A DNA stretch of 64,000 bases from Oligoflexales bacterium (GTDB lineage Bacteria; Bdellovibrionota_B; Oligoflexia; Oligoflexales; JALZUQ01): positions 3,621 through 67,620 of the forward strand of contig JALZUO010000034.1 of the NCBI GenBank assembly GCA_023301565.1, written 5' to 3'. The stretch's first letter is position 1, and each line of letters begins with the position of its first letter. This document shows positions 54,132 to 63,717 of this stretch, one piece after another. Under the pieces are notes generated by a model that worked only from the letters and a program-made list of their open reading frames with translations, made no database searches and was not told the origin of the DNA. Made by a program: the position numbers and the translations under genes.

Positions 54132-56352
54132 GGTTTTATTTTTAATAATTGTCACGTGGTTAGGGGGCTCTTTAGCCGCAAAAGCTCACGAAGGTGACCT
54201 TTCTGGCAATTGGGAAAGGTGCTCTTTAAGCTCCTTTGATAATATACACAGTTTGAGTGTCTGTGATTGGTCTCAGACCATACTCCCCAATAGCAAAGAA
54301 GCTGGAAACACCTCTACCCCTTGGCTTATATATAGAAAAACCTTAGCAAAAATGCCGCAGTACTGTTCTTCTACCGGCTGTACGCTCGTTGCGGGCGAGG
54401 TTGGAGATGTAGCAATTGTTTACCTTAATGGCAAAGAGCAGGGTAGGCACGGTGGTTTGCCGCCTATGTTTTCGTACAGAAAAAATCACACCTTAACTGT
54501 AAACATGCCGCGTTTGTTGGTTTTAAACCAGGGATTTCATCATCAGCTTACTATCGCCACCTATTCTCCCAAAAAATCTCAGGTAGGGGTTAGAGCTGGA
54601 CCACTTGGGCTTTTTCCGGATTCTAAAGCTAGCTCCATTGCTGTCACTCGAGATACCTTTAATGTCAATGTCCCCCTAAGCCTAGGTGTTCTTTGTTTTT
54701 TTCTAGGGCTTCTCTCTGTGCTAGTTAACGGCTCTTCCAGACTAGTGCAGAAACTTTCTAGTAGGCCAACTTTATATATGTTTTCCTCCTCTCTATTTCT
54801 TATAAGTTTTTCTGAGGTTCCTAGGCAGTTTGTTTCGCTTGACTATGCTGGGCCCATTCACTTTTTACTCCGTGTCTTACATGATTTTTCTTTGTGTGCC
54901 GTCGTAGTTAAGCTCTTTGAGTTGGCAGAGTTCAAAAGATGGATTTTTGCAAAAGGCCTGTATGTTGCTTCTATGTTGCTGTTTGTCGCCGGTAGTTTTA
55001 GCTCAATATCGGAGCTCGTTGGTTTGGGCTCCTTTGATGTTTCCTATGTGGTTATGCGCGGGTCATTTTTACTCCTTTTACTTCCTTATGTGATGTTTTA
55101 TTTTAGCCCCTCTTCACGGCAACATTTTTACTTCGGCCTAGCATTGCTTTTAACCACCCCCATGGTTGTTTCTGATATCTTAGTTTTTCACGGAATGATT
55201 GAATTACCTTATTTCTGCAAGTTCTACCCTGTATTTATCTCTCTTGCCTTATTTTGGCATCTAGTAAGTGATTTTCACCTTGAGCAAGCAGAATCTTCTT
55301 TTGTTAAGACGAGAAACGAATTTTTAGAAAATCAATCGGACTTGTTCAGGCAGATTAGCCATGACCTGAGGTCTCCGATGGCAGCACTAGCAGCCTCTTT
55401 AAGGCTGAAAGGTAGAGATGCAGCCAGAGATAGCCTGCAAAGAAAGTCTGTGCAAAGACTTCATAGACTACTTGGCGAGCTTTCTAAAAAAATGTCTGGG
55501 AAACAAGAAAGTATGTACATGTTCCCTGTTCATGCTCTGAGCGAGATCTGCTCGGCCAAAGAAATCGAAGCTCAGGCATCTGATATTATCCTTCGTAAAA
55601 ACTTCAGAGCGAGCACGGTTCGACTTTGCTTTGGTGGTAACGAAGAGTCTATCTGCCGGGTTTATGAAAATATATTAAAGAATGCGTTTGAGTCCAAAGA
55701 TGGCTCCCGAGCTCTAGTAGTTAGTGTCTCTGCCGTAGAAGTTGAAGGTTCACTGAAAATTGTATTTAAAGACAACGGCAGGGGTATAGCGAAAGAAAAC
55801 CTGGAAAAAATTTACGACAAAGGCTTTACGGTAGGCAAGGCAGAAGGTACAGGCCTTGGCCTTGCCTTTGTTAAAGAAGTGGTAGAGTCTTTTGGCGGCC
55901 GTTTATCTGTATATTCTCAGGTTAGCCATGGAACCACAGTTGAAATTTTGTTTCCCAGGCCACTTGAGATAAGCAGCAGTTTTTCAAAAGCTATGATTCA
56001 AGAGGATTTTCAAAAAGTTGCTTTGATCGACGATGATACTTCCATTCAAAAGTATTTTGAACACAAATTGAATGAAGGTTATTTTAAAGGCTTTGAAAGC
56101 ATCGCCGATTTTGAATCAGCAAGAATTACTTCTGCAGGCGACTGGTTTTTCTTCGTCGACTACAATTTTTGGGGTGAAAAGAAAAAAGGCACAGAAGTAA
56201 TTGCTGACTCTAATCTGTTACATAAAAAAAACACCGTCTTGCTAACCAGTGATTTTTTTCTGCCTGAAGTTCAAATGTTTTCAAAAAAAACAGGGATCAA
56301 GGTGTTGCCTAAAAAATTGATCAGTTCGATGTTTCTAGAAAAAGATCTATAA
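54091..56352 (+). CDS. Hybrid sensor histidine kinase with 7TMR-DISM-like sensor, HisKA/HATPase_c core and C-terminal receiver-like domain
   Basis: Signal sequence, ~170-aa periplasmic region and seven predicted TM helices. H-box ISHDLRSPM, G1 DNGRGI, G2 GTGLGLAFV. The C-terminal IDDD...FFFVDYNF...LLTSD...PKK follows the REC pattern. The start is the only ATG that gives a signal peptide, and it overlaps the methyltransferase gene by 41 nt. Confidence 0.8.
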   Translation: MVEKALASLHKRFKVLFLIIVTWLGGSLAAKAHEGDLSGNWERCSLSSFDNIHSLSVCDWSQTILPNSKEAGNTSTPWLIYRKTLAKMPQYCSSTGCTLVAGEVGDVAIVYLNGKEQGRHGGLPPMFSYRKNHTLTVNMPRLLVLNQGFHHQLTIATYSPKKSQVGVRAGPLGLFPDSKASSIAVTRDTFNVNVPLSLGVLCFFLGLLSVLVNGSSRLVQKLSSRPTLYMFSSSLFLISFSEVPRQFVSLDYAGPIHFLLRVLHDFSLCAVVVKLFELAEFKRWIFAKGLYVASMLLFVAGSFSSISELVGLGSFDVSYVVMRGSFLLLLLPYVMFYFSPSSRQHFYFGLALLLTTPMVVSDILVFHGMIELPYFCKFYPVFISLALFWHLVSDFHLEQAESSFVKTRNEFLENQSDLFRQISHDLRSPMAALAASLRLKGRDAARDSLQRKSVQRLHRLLGELSKKMSGKQESMYMFPVHALSEICSAKEIEAQASDIILRKNFRASTVRLCFGGNEESICRVYENILKNAFESKDGSRALVVSVSAVEVEGSLKIVFKDNGRGIAKENLEKIYDKGFTVGKAEGTGLGLAFVKEVVESFGGRLSVYSQVSHGTTVEILFPRPLEISSSFSKAMIQEDFQKVALIDDDTSIQKYFEHKLNEGYFKGFESIADFESARITSAGDWFFFVDYNFWGEKKKGTEVIADSNLLHKKNTVLLTSDFFLPEVQMFSKKTGIKVLPKKLISSMFLEKDL

Positions 56353-57156
56353 GATTTTGTTTTTTGGGCTTTTACTTTGGAACCTAAATAGCAGCCTGAC
56401 AAACCATGGTACGTATCGCTTTAGGTATATGGCAACAATCCCGTGATAGGTGATGATCTTTTCTTTTTTTCGGCGTTCTATGGCCCGGGCGATTTGTTTG
56501 GCAGCCTTGTCTGTGGGCATTGCAAGGTTCGCCGCAAAGTCTTTTTTGTCTTCTACAACATTGCCATGGTTGTCCTTTAAGCGGATCACAGATTTTACAA
56601 ACCCCGGGTAGATCATAGATACGCTTACACCCTTAGGTGATAGCTCATAGGTGATCGCTTCGCCGAGTGCACGAAGTGCATACTTAGACATGCTGTATGC
56701 AGAGTTTGTTGGGACCGAAAGGTAGCTGTTGACGCTGCCTATAAGAGCTAGCTTGCCTTTGGACTTTTTAAGCGCATCCAGGCAAGGGTAGATTGTGTGC
56801 AAAACCCCAAACACATTGGTTTCCATTTGCTTGCGGTAGATATCTACGGAAATCTTTTCAAGCGGCCCGCCAGAGGCATACCCAGCGTTCGCAACGACAA
56901 CATCGAGCCTTCCGAGCTCGCTGTTGCTCAGGGTCCTATTTATCATCTCTTTCATGCCCTGCTCGTCGTTTACGTCGACCAGTTCTGGCTGAACAAGTAT
57001 CTTTGGGAACCTCGAGTTGCACCGGTTTTTTACAGCATCTAGTTTTTGATCTCTTCCGGTCAGTACAAGCCTGTAGCCTAGCTTTGCGTATTCATAGGCC
57101 AGATACTCGCCAATCCCTGAAGAGGCCCCTGTGATCAAGCAGACTTTATGGCTCAT
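56347..57156 (-). CDS. Short-chain dehydrogenase/reductase (SDR)
   Basis: Motifs TGASSGIGE, NAG, YSMSKYAL (YxxxK). Confidence 0.85.
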   Translation of the reverse strand: MSHKVCLITGASSGIGEYLAYEYAKLGYRLVLTGRDQKLDAVKNRCNSRFPKILVQPELVDVNDEQGMKEMINRTLSNSELGRLDVVVANAGYASGGPLEKISVDIYRKQMETNVFGVLHTIYPCLDALKKSKGKLALIGSVNSYLSVPTNSAYSMSKYALRALGEAITYELSPKGVSVSMIYPGFVKSVIRLKDNHGNVVEDKKDFAANLAMPTDKAAKQIARAIERRKKEKIITYHGIVAIYLKRYVPWFVRLLFRFQSKSPKNKIL

Positions 57157-57364
57157 TTGGCGCTCCCTAGATTGAGGTGTACTGCTTCGTTGAAATACCG
57201 TCGTATCATTCTAATGGCTTTCACTTAAGTTTCAGTAATAAAAGGTTCTTTTGCCTTCAAAAAGGGCCAGAGCATGCTTTGCCAGTGTGAAGAAGTTTTT
57301 AAGTATAAGCCTTTATTTTTAATTGTTTTTCAAACAATGGAACCCTATCTTCTAAAGTGTTAGT

Positions 57365-58603
57365 TTGCCTATCAAACTGACTCCGGCATTGTTTGGCCGC
57401 AAAAGGGTAAACGTGAGCATTGAAGATCTTAAAAAATTACCTTTAGACGAGCTTTCTGCAGCTTCTGTTTCTTACTTGGATAGCGGTGAAAAAGCTGACC
57501 CTCAATCAGCTGTATTTTTGTGCCAAGCTATTGCTGGTATGGGCATAGGCTGGACAAGTCCAAACCCTTGCGTCGGGTCTGTGATTTGCAGCAATGACGG
57601 AGAGGTGCTCGGTTACGGTTGGCACAGGCGGCACGGCGAGGCGCACGCAGAAAAAAATGCTATTGAAAATGCCAGTACTAAAGGAAACAAAGCGAAGCTT
57701 AGCGGTGCGACTATTTATGTTTCCTTGGAGCCCTGCAATCACCAGGGAAGTCAGCCGCCTTGCTGTAGCCTGATTGTAGAAGCTGGCATCAAACGTGTCG
57801 TGTATGTTTGGCCGGATCCTAACCGCCAGATTACCGAAAACGGTAAACCCACTGAGTTTCTTGCTGCACAAAGCGTTGACGCCTCTATGGCAGAACCTGG
57901 CTTAAGGCTGCAGCTTCCCTGGCTTGATCCATTTATAAAGTCTTTTTCTCTTGAGCAGAGGCCGTACATCTGCCTAAAGGCAGCGGTAGACCCTAGGTTT
58001 TGCATGGGCTCTAGCACAGGAGAGCCTACCAAAATAACAGGAGCGCGTTCGCAAAGGTTCGGACATTTTTTGCGCCAGTGTTTCGACGGAATTTTAGTCG
58101 GAAGAAAAACACTTTTACAAGACCGACCGCAGCTGAGCGTTCGCACGTTAGAAAATAAAAACCTGGAAAAAAGAGACCCTGCTGTCTTTGTTGCTGGCTC
58201 TTCGTGGTGTGACAAAAGCATTCTGGCGTTGAATAAACTTGCTTCCATCAAGAGTCGAAAAGTAATTGCTAGCTGTTTGAATAAAGACCTCCTAAGCATT
58301 GATGGTCACGGCAGCTTGATCGATTGGATTTCCGGAGATAGCCCAGAGGAGTTGATCCCGCTTTTGCTTAAAGCTGGAAAAGAGCAGGGTATGCAAAGTA
58401 TTTTGGTTGAGGGCGGAAGCTCTGTGCAAAAATCTATGTACGCTCTCGGTGTGGTAGACCGGCTTTTTTTGATGACAAGCAGGAGAAAGCAGGCGGTAGA
58501 AAGACCCACTTTTTTTCCCATAAAAGATCACAAAGCCGCGAAAGGCCTGCAGCTAAGAGCTCTCACCGGATTTGATCAAGAGCTCGTCTCAGACTTTCAT
58601 TGA
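57365..58603 (+). CDS. ribD: Bifunctional riboflavin biosynthesis protein RibD (deaminase/reductase)
   Basis: CMP/dCMP deaminase zinc motifs HAEKNAI and PCNHQGSQPPCC. Reductase-domain C-terminus (ILVEGGSSVQKSM). TTG start with a ~45-aa N-terminal extension of uncertain reality. Confidence 0.8.
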   Translation: MPIKLTPALFGRKRVNVSIEDLKKLPLDELSAASVSYLDSGEKADPQSAVFLCQAIAGMGIGWTSPNPCVGSVICSNDGEVLGYGWHRRHGEAHAEKNAIENASTKGNKAKLSGATIYVSLEPCNHQGSQPPCCSLIVEAGIKRVVYVWPDPNRQITENGKPTEFLAAQSVDASMAEPGLRLQLPWLDPFIKSFSLEQRPYICLKAAVDPRFCMGSSTGEPTKITGARSQRFGHFLRQCFDGILVGRKTLLQDRPQLSVRTLENKNLEKRDPAVFVAGSSWCDKSILALNKLASIKSRKVIASCLNKDLLSIDGHGSLIDWISGDSPEELIPLLLKAGKEQGMQSILVEGGSSVQKSMYALGVVDRLFLMTSRRKQAVERPTFFPIKDHKAAKGLQLRALTGFDQELVSDFH

Positions 58604-58652
58604 GCCCTAAAACCACCTAAAATAAAGACATCACTACTCACGCGAGATAACT

Positions 58653-60098
58653 ATGTCAAAACCTTGGAATACAGAAGGTAGGTCTGCCGGCGACCTGCTA
58701 GTTGAACTGGAAAAATTAAAATCTAGCGATATAGAATGGAAGAACGGAAAAAGTTTTTGTTTGAGCTATTACGGAGGTGACGATGTCTATCCGATGCTGG
58801 AAAAAGCTAATGCAATGTTTATGAGTGAAAACGCGCTAAACCCAACCGCTTTTAAAAGTCTTCGCAAGATGGAAAATGACGTTGTGTCCATGCTAAGAGA
58901 TTTACTTGGCAGTGGCCCTGAAAACCGCGGGACGATGACCACGGGCGGTACCGAAAGTATTTTGATGGTAGTCAAGGCTGCAAGAGAGTGGGCGAGTTCC
59001 GCGCTGCCTCGTTTGCCCAAAGGCACAAAACCTAAAATGATTCTTCCGACTACGGCTCACCCGGCTTTTGATAAAGCCGCGCACTATTTTGGTGTGGAAA
59101 TGTGCAAGATCCCTGTTTCTGGCCAAAGTTTTCGGCCGGACCCAGAAGACTACAAAAAAAATATTTGCGAGCGCACGATTCTACTGGTTGCCTCTGCGCC
59201 GAGTTATCCGCATGGGGTCGTTGACCCTGTTGAGCAGGTCGCAGCGCTTGCTGCAAAAAATAAAATCTTATGTCACGTGGATGCATGTATTGGGGGGCTT
59301 GTACTTGGGTTTTGGCGAGAAGCTGGCCTTAAGGTCCCCGGCTTTGATTTGAAGGTCCCAGGGGTGACCTCTATCTCGGTTGATTTGCACAAATATGGTT
59401 TTTGCCCAAAGGGGGCAAGCGTGGTTTTGTACAAAAATGGAAAGCTTCGGCGTAAGCAGTTTTTTTGCTGCACAGGATGGGAAGGTGGCGTTTACATCTC
59501 AACGACCGTGCTGGGTTCAAAGTCTGGAGGCCCCATTGCTGCTGCTTGGGCTTGCTTGCAGTATTTCGGAAAAGATGGCTACGTGCAAAAGTTTAACTTA
59601 GTACATGAGCTTACCTGCAGGTTTTTAGAGCGTATTGAAGCGACAGAAGGCGTTTACTCTATCACCAAAGAAGTAGAATCGAGCATTCTAGCTATTGCGT
59701 CAAAAGAGCTAGATATTTATAAGGTTGCCGACCGTATGCAAGATAAAGGTTGGACCTTTGATCGCAACACCACGCCGCCAAGCATTCATTTGTCGGTAAT
59801 GCCTGTACACGCTGTTTCGATAGGTCTTTTTTTCACAGACCTTGTCGATTCCATAACCCTTGCTCGCAAAGAGGACTCGAGTGGCAAAAAGATTTTAGGT
59901 GCGATTGCAAACGCTGCAATTAAGCTAACGCCCAAATCCATCATCCAAAAAGTCGCGCGCTCTCAAACAAAGGCTTTGGGTGACTCTTCTGAAAGAACAG
60001 AAACTGCATCTATTTATGGGATGATGGGAACTCTCGAAAAAAAAGGCGCCTTGGGTGAGGTGGCTTTAGATATTTTAGACAATTTCTACGACCAGTAG
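58653..60098 (+). CDS. PLP-dependent group II decarboxylase-fold enzyme, sphingosine-1-phosphate-lyase-like
   Basis: PLP-lysine block SVDLHKYGFCPKGASVVLYK closely follows the S1P-lyase signature (..HKYGFAPKG.S..LY). TGGTESI is upstream. No N-terminal TM helix. Confidence 0.65.
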   Translation: MSKPWNTEGRSAGDLLVELEKLKSSDIEWKNGKSFCLSYYGGDDVYPMLEKANAMFMSENALNPTAFKSLRKMENDVVSMLRDLLGSGPENRGTMTTGGTESILMVVKAAREWASSALPRLPKGTKPKMILPTTAHPAFDKAAHYFGVEMCKIPVSGQSFRPDPEDYKKNICERTILLVASAPSYPHGVVDPVEQVAALAAKNKILCHVDACIGGLVLGFWREAGLKVPGFDLKVPGVTSISVDLHKYGFCPKGASVVLYKNGKLRRKQFFCCTGWEGGVYISTTVLGSKSGGPIAAAWACLQYFGKDGYVQKFNLVHELTCRFLERIEATEGVYSITKEVESSILAIASKELDIYKVADRMQDKGWTFDRNTTPPSIHLSVMPVHAVSIGLFFTDLVDSITLARKEDSSGKKILGAIANAAIKLTPKSIIQKVARSQTKALGDSSERTETASIYGMMGTLEKKGALGEVALDILDNFYDQ

Positions 60099-60114
60099 GT
60101 AAGTAGGCCTGCAG

Positions 60115-60951
60115 CTAATCTTTGATGGATATTTTGGGCAAGGCATCTAAGCCTTGCTCAACCAAGTCGCTTCTTTTTTGAAGTTTGTCTAGGTATTGCC
60201 TCAAGGCTCGGGGCTCGTTTGTGCAAAGCCCGTTTACTCCAAGCTCTATAAGTTCGCCCCACAGCTTTTCACGGTTTTCTTGCTCGTCGGCCATCGCACA
60301 CCATGGATACACTAGCCAGCCGCTGTTTTTGGCAAATTCCATCAAAGGCCTATCAACCATCTCTGCTTTAGGGTGAAAGATGCTAAGCCCATATTTGTGC
60401 ATGCATACCTGCGGCGAAAAATGACTGATGGGGTGTTCGGCCATGTTGAGCTGCTCTAACCCCCAAAGAAAAGCAACGGTCTCCGCTGGAAAGTGCTGCT
60501 TGAGGTGGCCAAGGGCTTTTCCATAAAAACTGGAGAAAACTATTTTTTCTAAATTTTTATTTTTCGTGTAGTCAGCAAGTACTTCCACGGTTCTCTTGTC
60601 TGTAGGTTTTATCTCGATGTTTAGTTCAACCCGGTCTAGCAGCTTGAGGGCTACGTCAAGAGTTGCAATCTTGCTGCCGTCACTTAGCTCGTGCTTACTT
60701 AGCTGAGAGTAGGTAGTGTCTGCAATTTTTTTACCCGCGACCTCAAAGTCATGATAGAGAACAAGTGCATCATCAGCCGTGCGGTGCACGTCTAGCTCAA
60801 TGCGGTCACAGCCGCTATCGATGGCAGCCTCAAACGCAGCCAGCGTGTTTTGCAGAGCCTCCCTGTTTGCACCGCGGTGGGCTATGACCTTAAACAATTT
60901 CATATTGCATGCATTCAACAATTGCTCCTGTTTACCTGTATTTTCCGACAT
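60115..60951 (-). CDS. Glycerophosphodiester phosphodiesterase family protein
   Basis: GDPD motifs IAHRGA, RIELDVHRTADDALVLYHD. The start is ambiguous (60951 or 60903). The full ORF to 61032 would overlap the divergent asnS start. Confidence 0.75.
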   Translation of the reverse strand: MSENTGKQEQLLNACNMKLFKVIAHRGANREALQNTLAAFEAAIDSGCDRIELDVHRTADDALVLYHDFEVAGKKIADTTYSQLSKHELSDGSKIATLDVALKLLDRVELNIEIKPTDKRTVEVLADYTKNKNLEKIVFSSFYGKALGHLKQHFPAETVAFLWGLEQLNMAEHPISHFSPQVCMHKYGLSIFHPKAEMVDRPLMEFAKNSGWLVYPWCAMADEQENREKLWGELIELGVNGLCTNEPRALRQYLDKLQKRSDLVEQGLDALPKISIKD

Positions 60952-61019
60952 TTGTTTAAGAGTATAGTTTAAAGTAGAGTTGGGCACGATACAATACGGC
61001 AAAAAAGGAGTAGAGGCGT

Positions 61020-62393
61020 ATGCTAAAAGCAACTATCCAAGAGATTTTGGCCGGTGCCAAAGCTGGTCAAAGCGTAGAGGTCTATGCATGGGTTCGCAGT
61101 AAGCGCGAAAGCAAAGCGTGTGCCTTTTTGGCTATGGGTGATGGCAGTTTTCAAGGGACTTTGCAGTGCGTGGTCGACAGGGAGCTTGGCTGTTTTGCAA
61201 ACCTTGGCGATGTCCAAACGGGGACCTGCCTAAAAGTTGTGGGTGAAATCAAAGAGTCACCGGCAAAAGGGCAAAGCTGGGAAGTGGCCGCGTCAGGCTT
61301 TGAGGTCATTGGATCTTGCCCGACCGACTATCCGCTCCAGAAAAAAGGCCACACTTTAGAGTTTTTAAGAGAGATACTACACCTACGGCCTCGTACAAAT
61401 ACGCACAACGCTGTTTTTAGAATTCGCAATACAATTGCGCAAGAAATTCATCAGTTTTTCCGCCAGCAAGGTTTTGTTTGGGTGCATACACCTATTATTA
61501 CTTCTAGCGATGCCGAAGGTGCCGGGGAAATGTTTCGGGTCACTACCTTTCCGGTCAAGGCAGAGGGTTTGAAGTATGATTCTTCGAGAGATTTCTTTGG
61601 CAACGATTCTTTTTTAACGGTTAGCGGGCAGCTGCAGGGTGAGGCCTTTGCGCATTCGCACTCACGTATTTATACTTTTGGCCCAACCTTTAGAGCTGAA
61701 AACTCCAATACCTCTCGCCATCTCGCAGAGTTTTGGATGGTAGAGCCAGAGGTGGCTTTTGCAGATTTGCAGGATGTTAAAAATCTGGCTTTTGCGCTGC
61801 TTCAACATGTCTTTAAGCGCGTAGCTGAGTTGCACCCAGAAGAGATGCAGTTTTTCAAAAAGTTTTACAAAGGAAAGTCCTCCGAGGATTTATTGGCGCT
61901 GGCTAGTGCAAAGCTAGAGACGGTTACTTATACGGACGCAATAGATCTACTGGCTAAAAGTAGTAAGAAGTTTGAGTTCGAGCCAAAGTGGGGCAGCGAT
62001 CTCCAGACGGAACATGAACGGTATTTGTGCGAAGAAGTTTTTAAGGGCCCGATCGCAGTGATCGACTACCCGGCAGATATCAAAGCATTTTATATGCGGA
62101 TGAACGAAGACGGCAAAACAGTTGCTGCCATGGATGTTCTCGTGCCAGGAGTGGGCGAGATTATTGGCGGCTCCCAAAGGGAGGAACGCCTGCCGCAGCT
62201 AGTCGAGAGAATGAAGGCAATGTCTGTTTCGCCTGAGCACCTTGATTGGTACCTGGATCTGCGTAAATTTGGTACATGTCCGCATGGTGGCTTTGGCTTA
62301 GGATTCGAGCGTATTGTCCAGTATGTGACCTCTATGGCTAATATCAGAGACGTGATTCCGTTCCCACGTACCCCGGGTTCCATATATTATTAA
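61020..62393 (+). CDS. asnS: Asparagine--tRNA ligase
   Basis: OB-fold N-terminus. Class II motifs with the AsnRS signature [21 protein letters not shown] and the C-terminal [11 protein letters not shown]. Confidence 0.92.
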   Translation: MLKATIQEILAGAKAGQSVEVYAWVRSKRESKACAFLAMGDGSFQGTLQCVVDRELGCFANLGDVQTGTCLKVVGEIKESPAKGQSWEVAASGFEVIGSCPTDYPLQKKGHTLEFLREILHLRPRTNTHNAVFRIRNTIAQEIHQFFRQQGFVWVHTPIITSSDAEGAGEMFRVTTFPVKAEGLKYDSSRDFFGNDSFLTVSGQLQGEAFAHSHSRIYTFGPTFRAENSNTSRHLAEFWMVEPEVAFADLQDVKNLAFALLQHVFKRVAELHPEEMQFFKKFYKGKSSEDLLALASAKLETVTYTDAIDLLAKSSKKFEFEPKWGSDLQTEHERYLCEEVFKGPIAVIDYPADIKAFYMRMNEDGKTVAAMDVLVPGVGEIIGGSQREERLPQLVERMKAMSVSPEHLDWYLDLRKFGTCPHGGFGLGFERIVQYVTSMANIRDVIPFPRTPGSIYY

Positions 62394-62483
62394 TGATTTC
62401 AGAACCTTAAAGTTTTTTGAATTCTGGTTGCCATTTTCTGGGGGCCAGCCTTTGTATGCCTATGAGTACTGGGGACATTAGCA

Positions 62484-62512
62484 TTGACCTCGCGGGGCGC
62501 TTGAGGGATAGT
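62484..62512 (+). promoter_or_regulatory. Sigma-70-type promoter candidate for rplM-rpsI (TTGACC-17 nt-GATAGT)
   Basis: Hexamers at 62484-62489 and 62507-62512, leaving a ~115-nt leader before rplM. Confidence 0.35.
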
Positions 62513-62631
62513 GGGGAGCTCAAAGTGACTGGGGAGAGCCCCTTCTACTTTGAAAGACTGTTTTTTAAGACCGGTAGAGGCTCAAGCTAAAAAGCCATAG
62601 ACCACAAATTTAGGAAGTTAAGGGTTCTATC

Positions 62632-63078
62632 ATGAAGCAAACCCCACATTTAAATCCGCAGACAGTTGACCGCAAATGGGTCCACTTCGATGCTAACGGA
62701 AAAGTAGTTGGAAGATTGGCTACAGAGATTTCTCGCGTTTTACGCGGCAAAGACAAGCCGACGTTTAGCCCGCACGTTGCTGGCGGAGATCATGTTGTTG
62801 TTACAAACGTAGAAAAAATGGTTTTTACAGGTGGTAAAGCAAAACAAAAACTCTACCATAAGCATTCAGGTTATATGGGCGGTCTAAGGTCAACCCGTGC
62901 TGATGTTGTGATGGAAAAAAATCCAGAGAGAGTTTTGTTTTCAGCTGTAAAAGGCATGCTTCCTAAAAACAAGCTAAGCAATCAGTTGTTAAAGCACCTT
63001 CGCGTCTATGCTGGACCAGAGCACGGACAAGAAGCACAAAAGCCAGTGGCAGCAGAGCCTAGGCTTGCGAAATCATAA
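62632..63078 (+). CDS. rplM: 50S ribosomal protein L13
   Basis: Motifs W.HFDANGKVVGRLATEIS..LRGK, HSGYMGG. Confidence 0.95.
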   Translation: MKQTPHLNPQTVDRKWVHFDANGKVVGRLATEISRVLRGKDKPTFSPHVAGGDHVVVTNVEKMVFTGGKAKQKLYHKHSGYMGGLRSTRADVVMEKNPERVLFSAVKGMLPKNKLSNQLLKHLRVYAGPEHGQEAQKPVAAEPRLAKS

Positions 63079-63104
63079 GTAGATAGAACGTAAGGAAACG
63101 ACAA

Positions 63105-63500
63105 ATGGCAGCAGCAAAGCAAAAACATACTGTAGGTAAGCGTAAGACTTCTATCGCAAGACTCTATGCAACACCTGGTAGTGGACTAATTAAAATCAAC
63201 AAACGTGACATGGATGACTATTACAAAAGAGAGACGTCGAAAATGATCGTGCGTCAACCTTTAGAGCTAACAAGCTCGCTTGGAAAGTTTGATATCCACG
63301 TACGAGTCGTTGGTGGAGGGCTTCAGGGCCAAGCCGGTGCTATTCGGCATGCTCTATCAAAGCTCCTAGCAGCTGAGAACCCAGAGCATCGAAGCGTGTT
63401 AAAAGCCAAAGGGCTTATCACTCGCGATGCGAGAAAGAAGGAAAGAAAGCTATACGGCCAAAAAGGTGCGCGGGCTCGCTTCCAGTTCTCAAAACGTTAA
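63105..63500 (+). CDS. rpsI: 30S ribosomal protein S9
   Basis: Motifs [29 protein letters not shown], and the C-terminal RFQFSKR. Confidence 0.95.
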   Translation: MAAAKQKHTVGKRKTSIARLYATPGSGLIKINKRDMDDYYKRETSKMIVRQPLELTSSLGKFDIHVRVVGGGLQGQAGAIRHALSKLLAAENPEHRSVLKAKGLITRDARKKERKLYGQKGARARFQFSKR

Positions 63501-63520
63501 TATTTTATTTTCAGATATAT

Positions 63521-63558
63521 ACCCCCTCGAAACTTTTGGGTTTCTTGGGGTTTTTTTT
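63521..63558 (+). terminator. Rho-independent terminator after rpsI
   Basis: Interrupted stem (ACCCC...GAAAC / GTTTC...GGGGT) followed by T8. Confidence 0.65.
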
Positions 63559-63660
63559 ATTTATTCAAAACTCTAGCAAGCTCTCTGAATATATATGAGA
63601 AATTTGCTGTATTTTGCTAGAAGAGCCAAGTGGATCGTGCGAAAATTAGGTGCGGTTTCT

Positions 63661-63688
63661 TAAACCACCTTGGCCAATGCGCCGAAGA
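63661..63688 (+). promoter_or_regulatory. Sigma-28 (FliA)-like promoter candidate upstream of the bactofilin gene (TAAA-N16-GCCGAAGA)
   Basis: Compared with the enteric consensus TAAA-N15-GCCGATAA, 6 of 8 positions in the -10 element match and the spacer is one nt longer. Lies 30 nt upstream of the ATG. Confidence 0.3.
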
Positions 63689-63717
63689 GTAGGGTAAGCC
63701 AAGTCGAGGAGATTATT

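Noticed and set aside
53760-54155. 131-aa minus-strand ORF spanning the methyltransferase/kinase junction.
   Set aside because: It is a Lys/Phe/Ile-rich antisense product of an AT-rich stretch, and both sense genes are supported by motifs.
57751-58299. 182-aa minus-strand ORF antisense to ribD.
   Set aside because: ribD on the + strand carries unambiguous deaminase and reductase motifs. The antisense frame has none.
62456-62596. 46-codon ORF in the rplM leader (MPMSTGDISIDLAGR...).
   Set aside because: It has no ribosome-binding site, and it spans the predicted rplM promoter. The region is more plausibly a non-coding leader.
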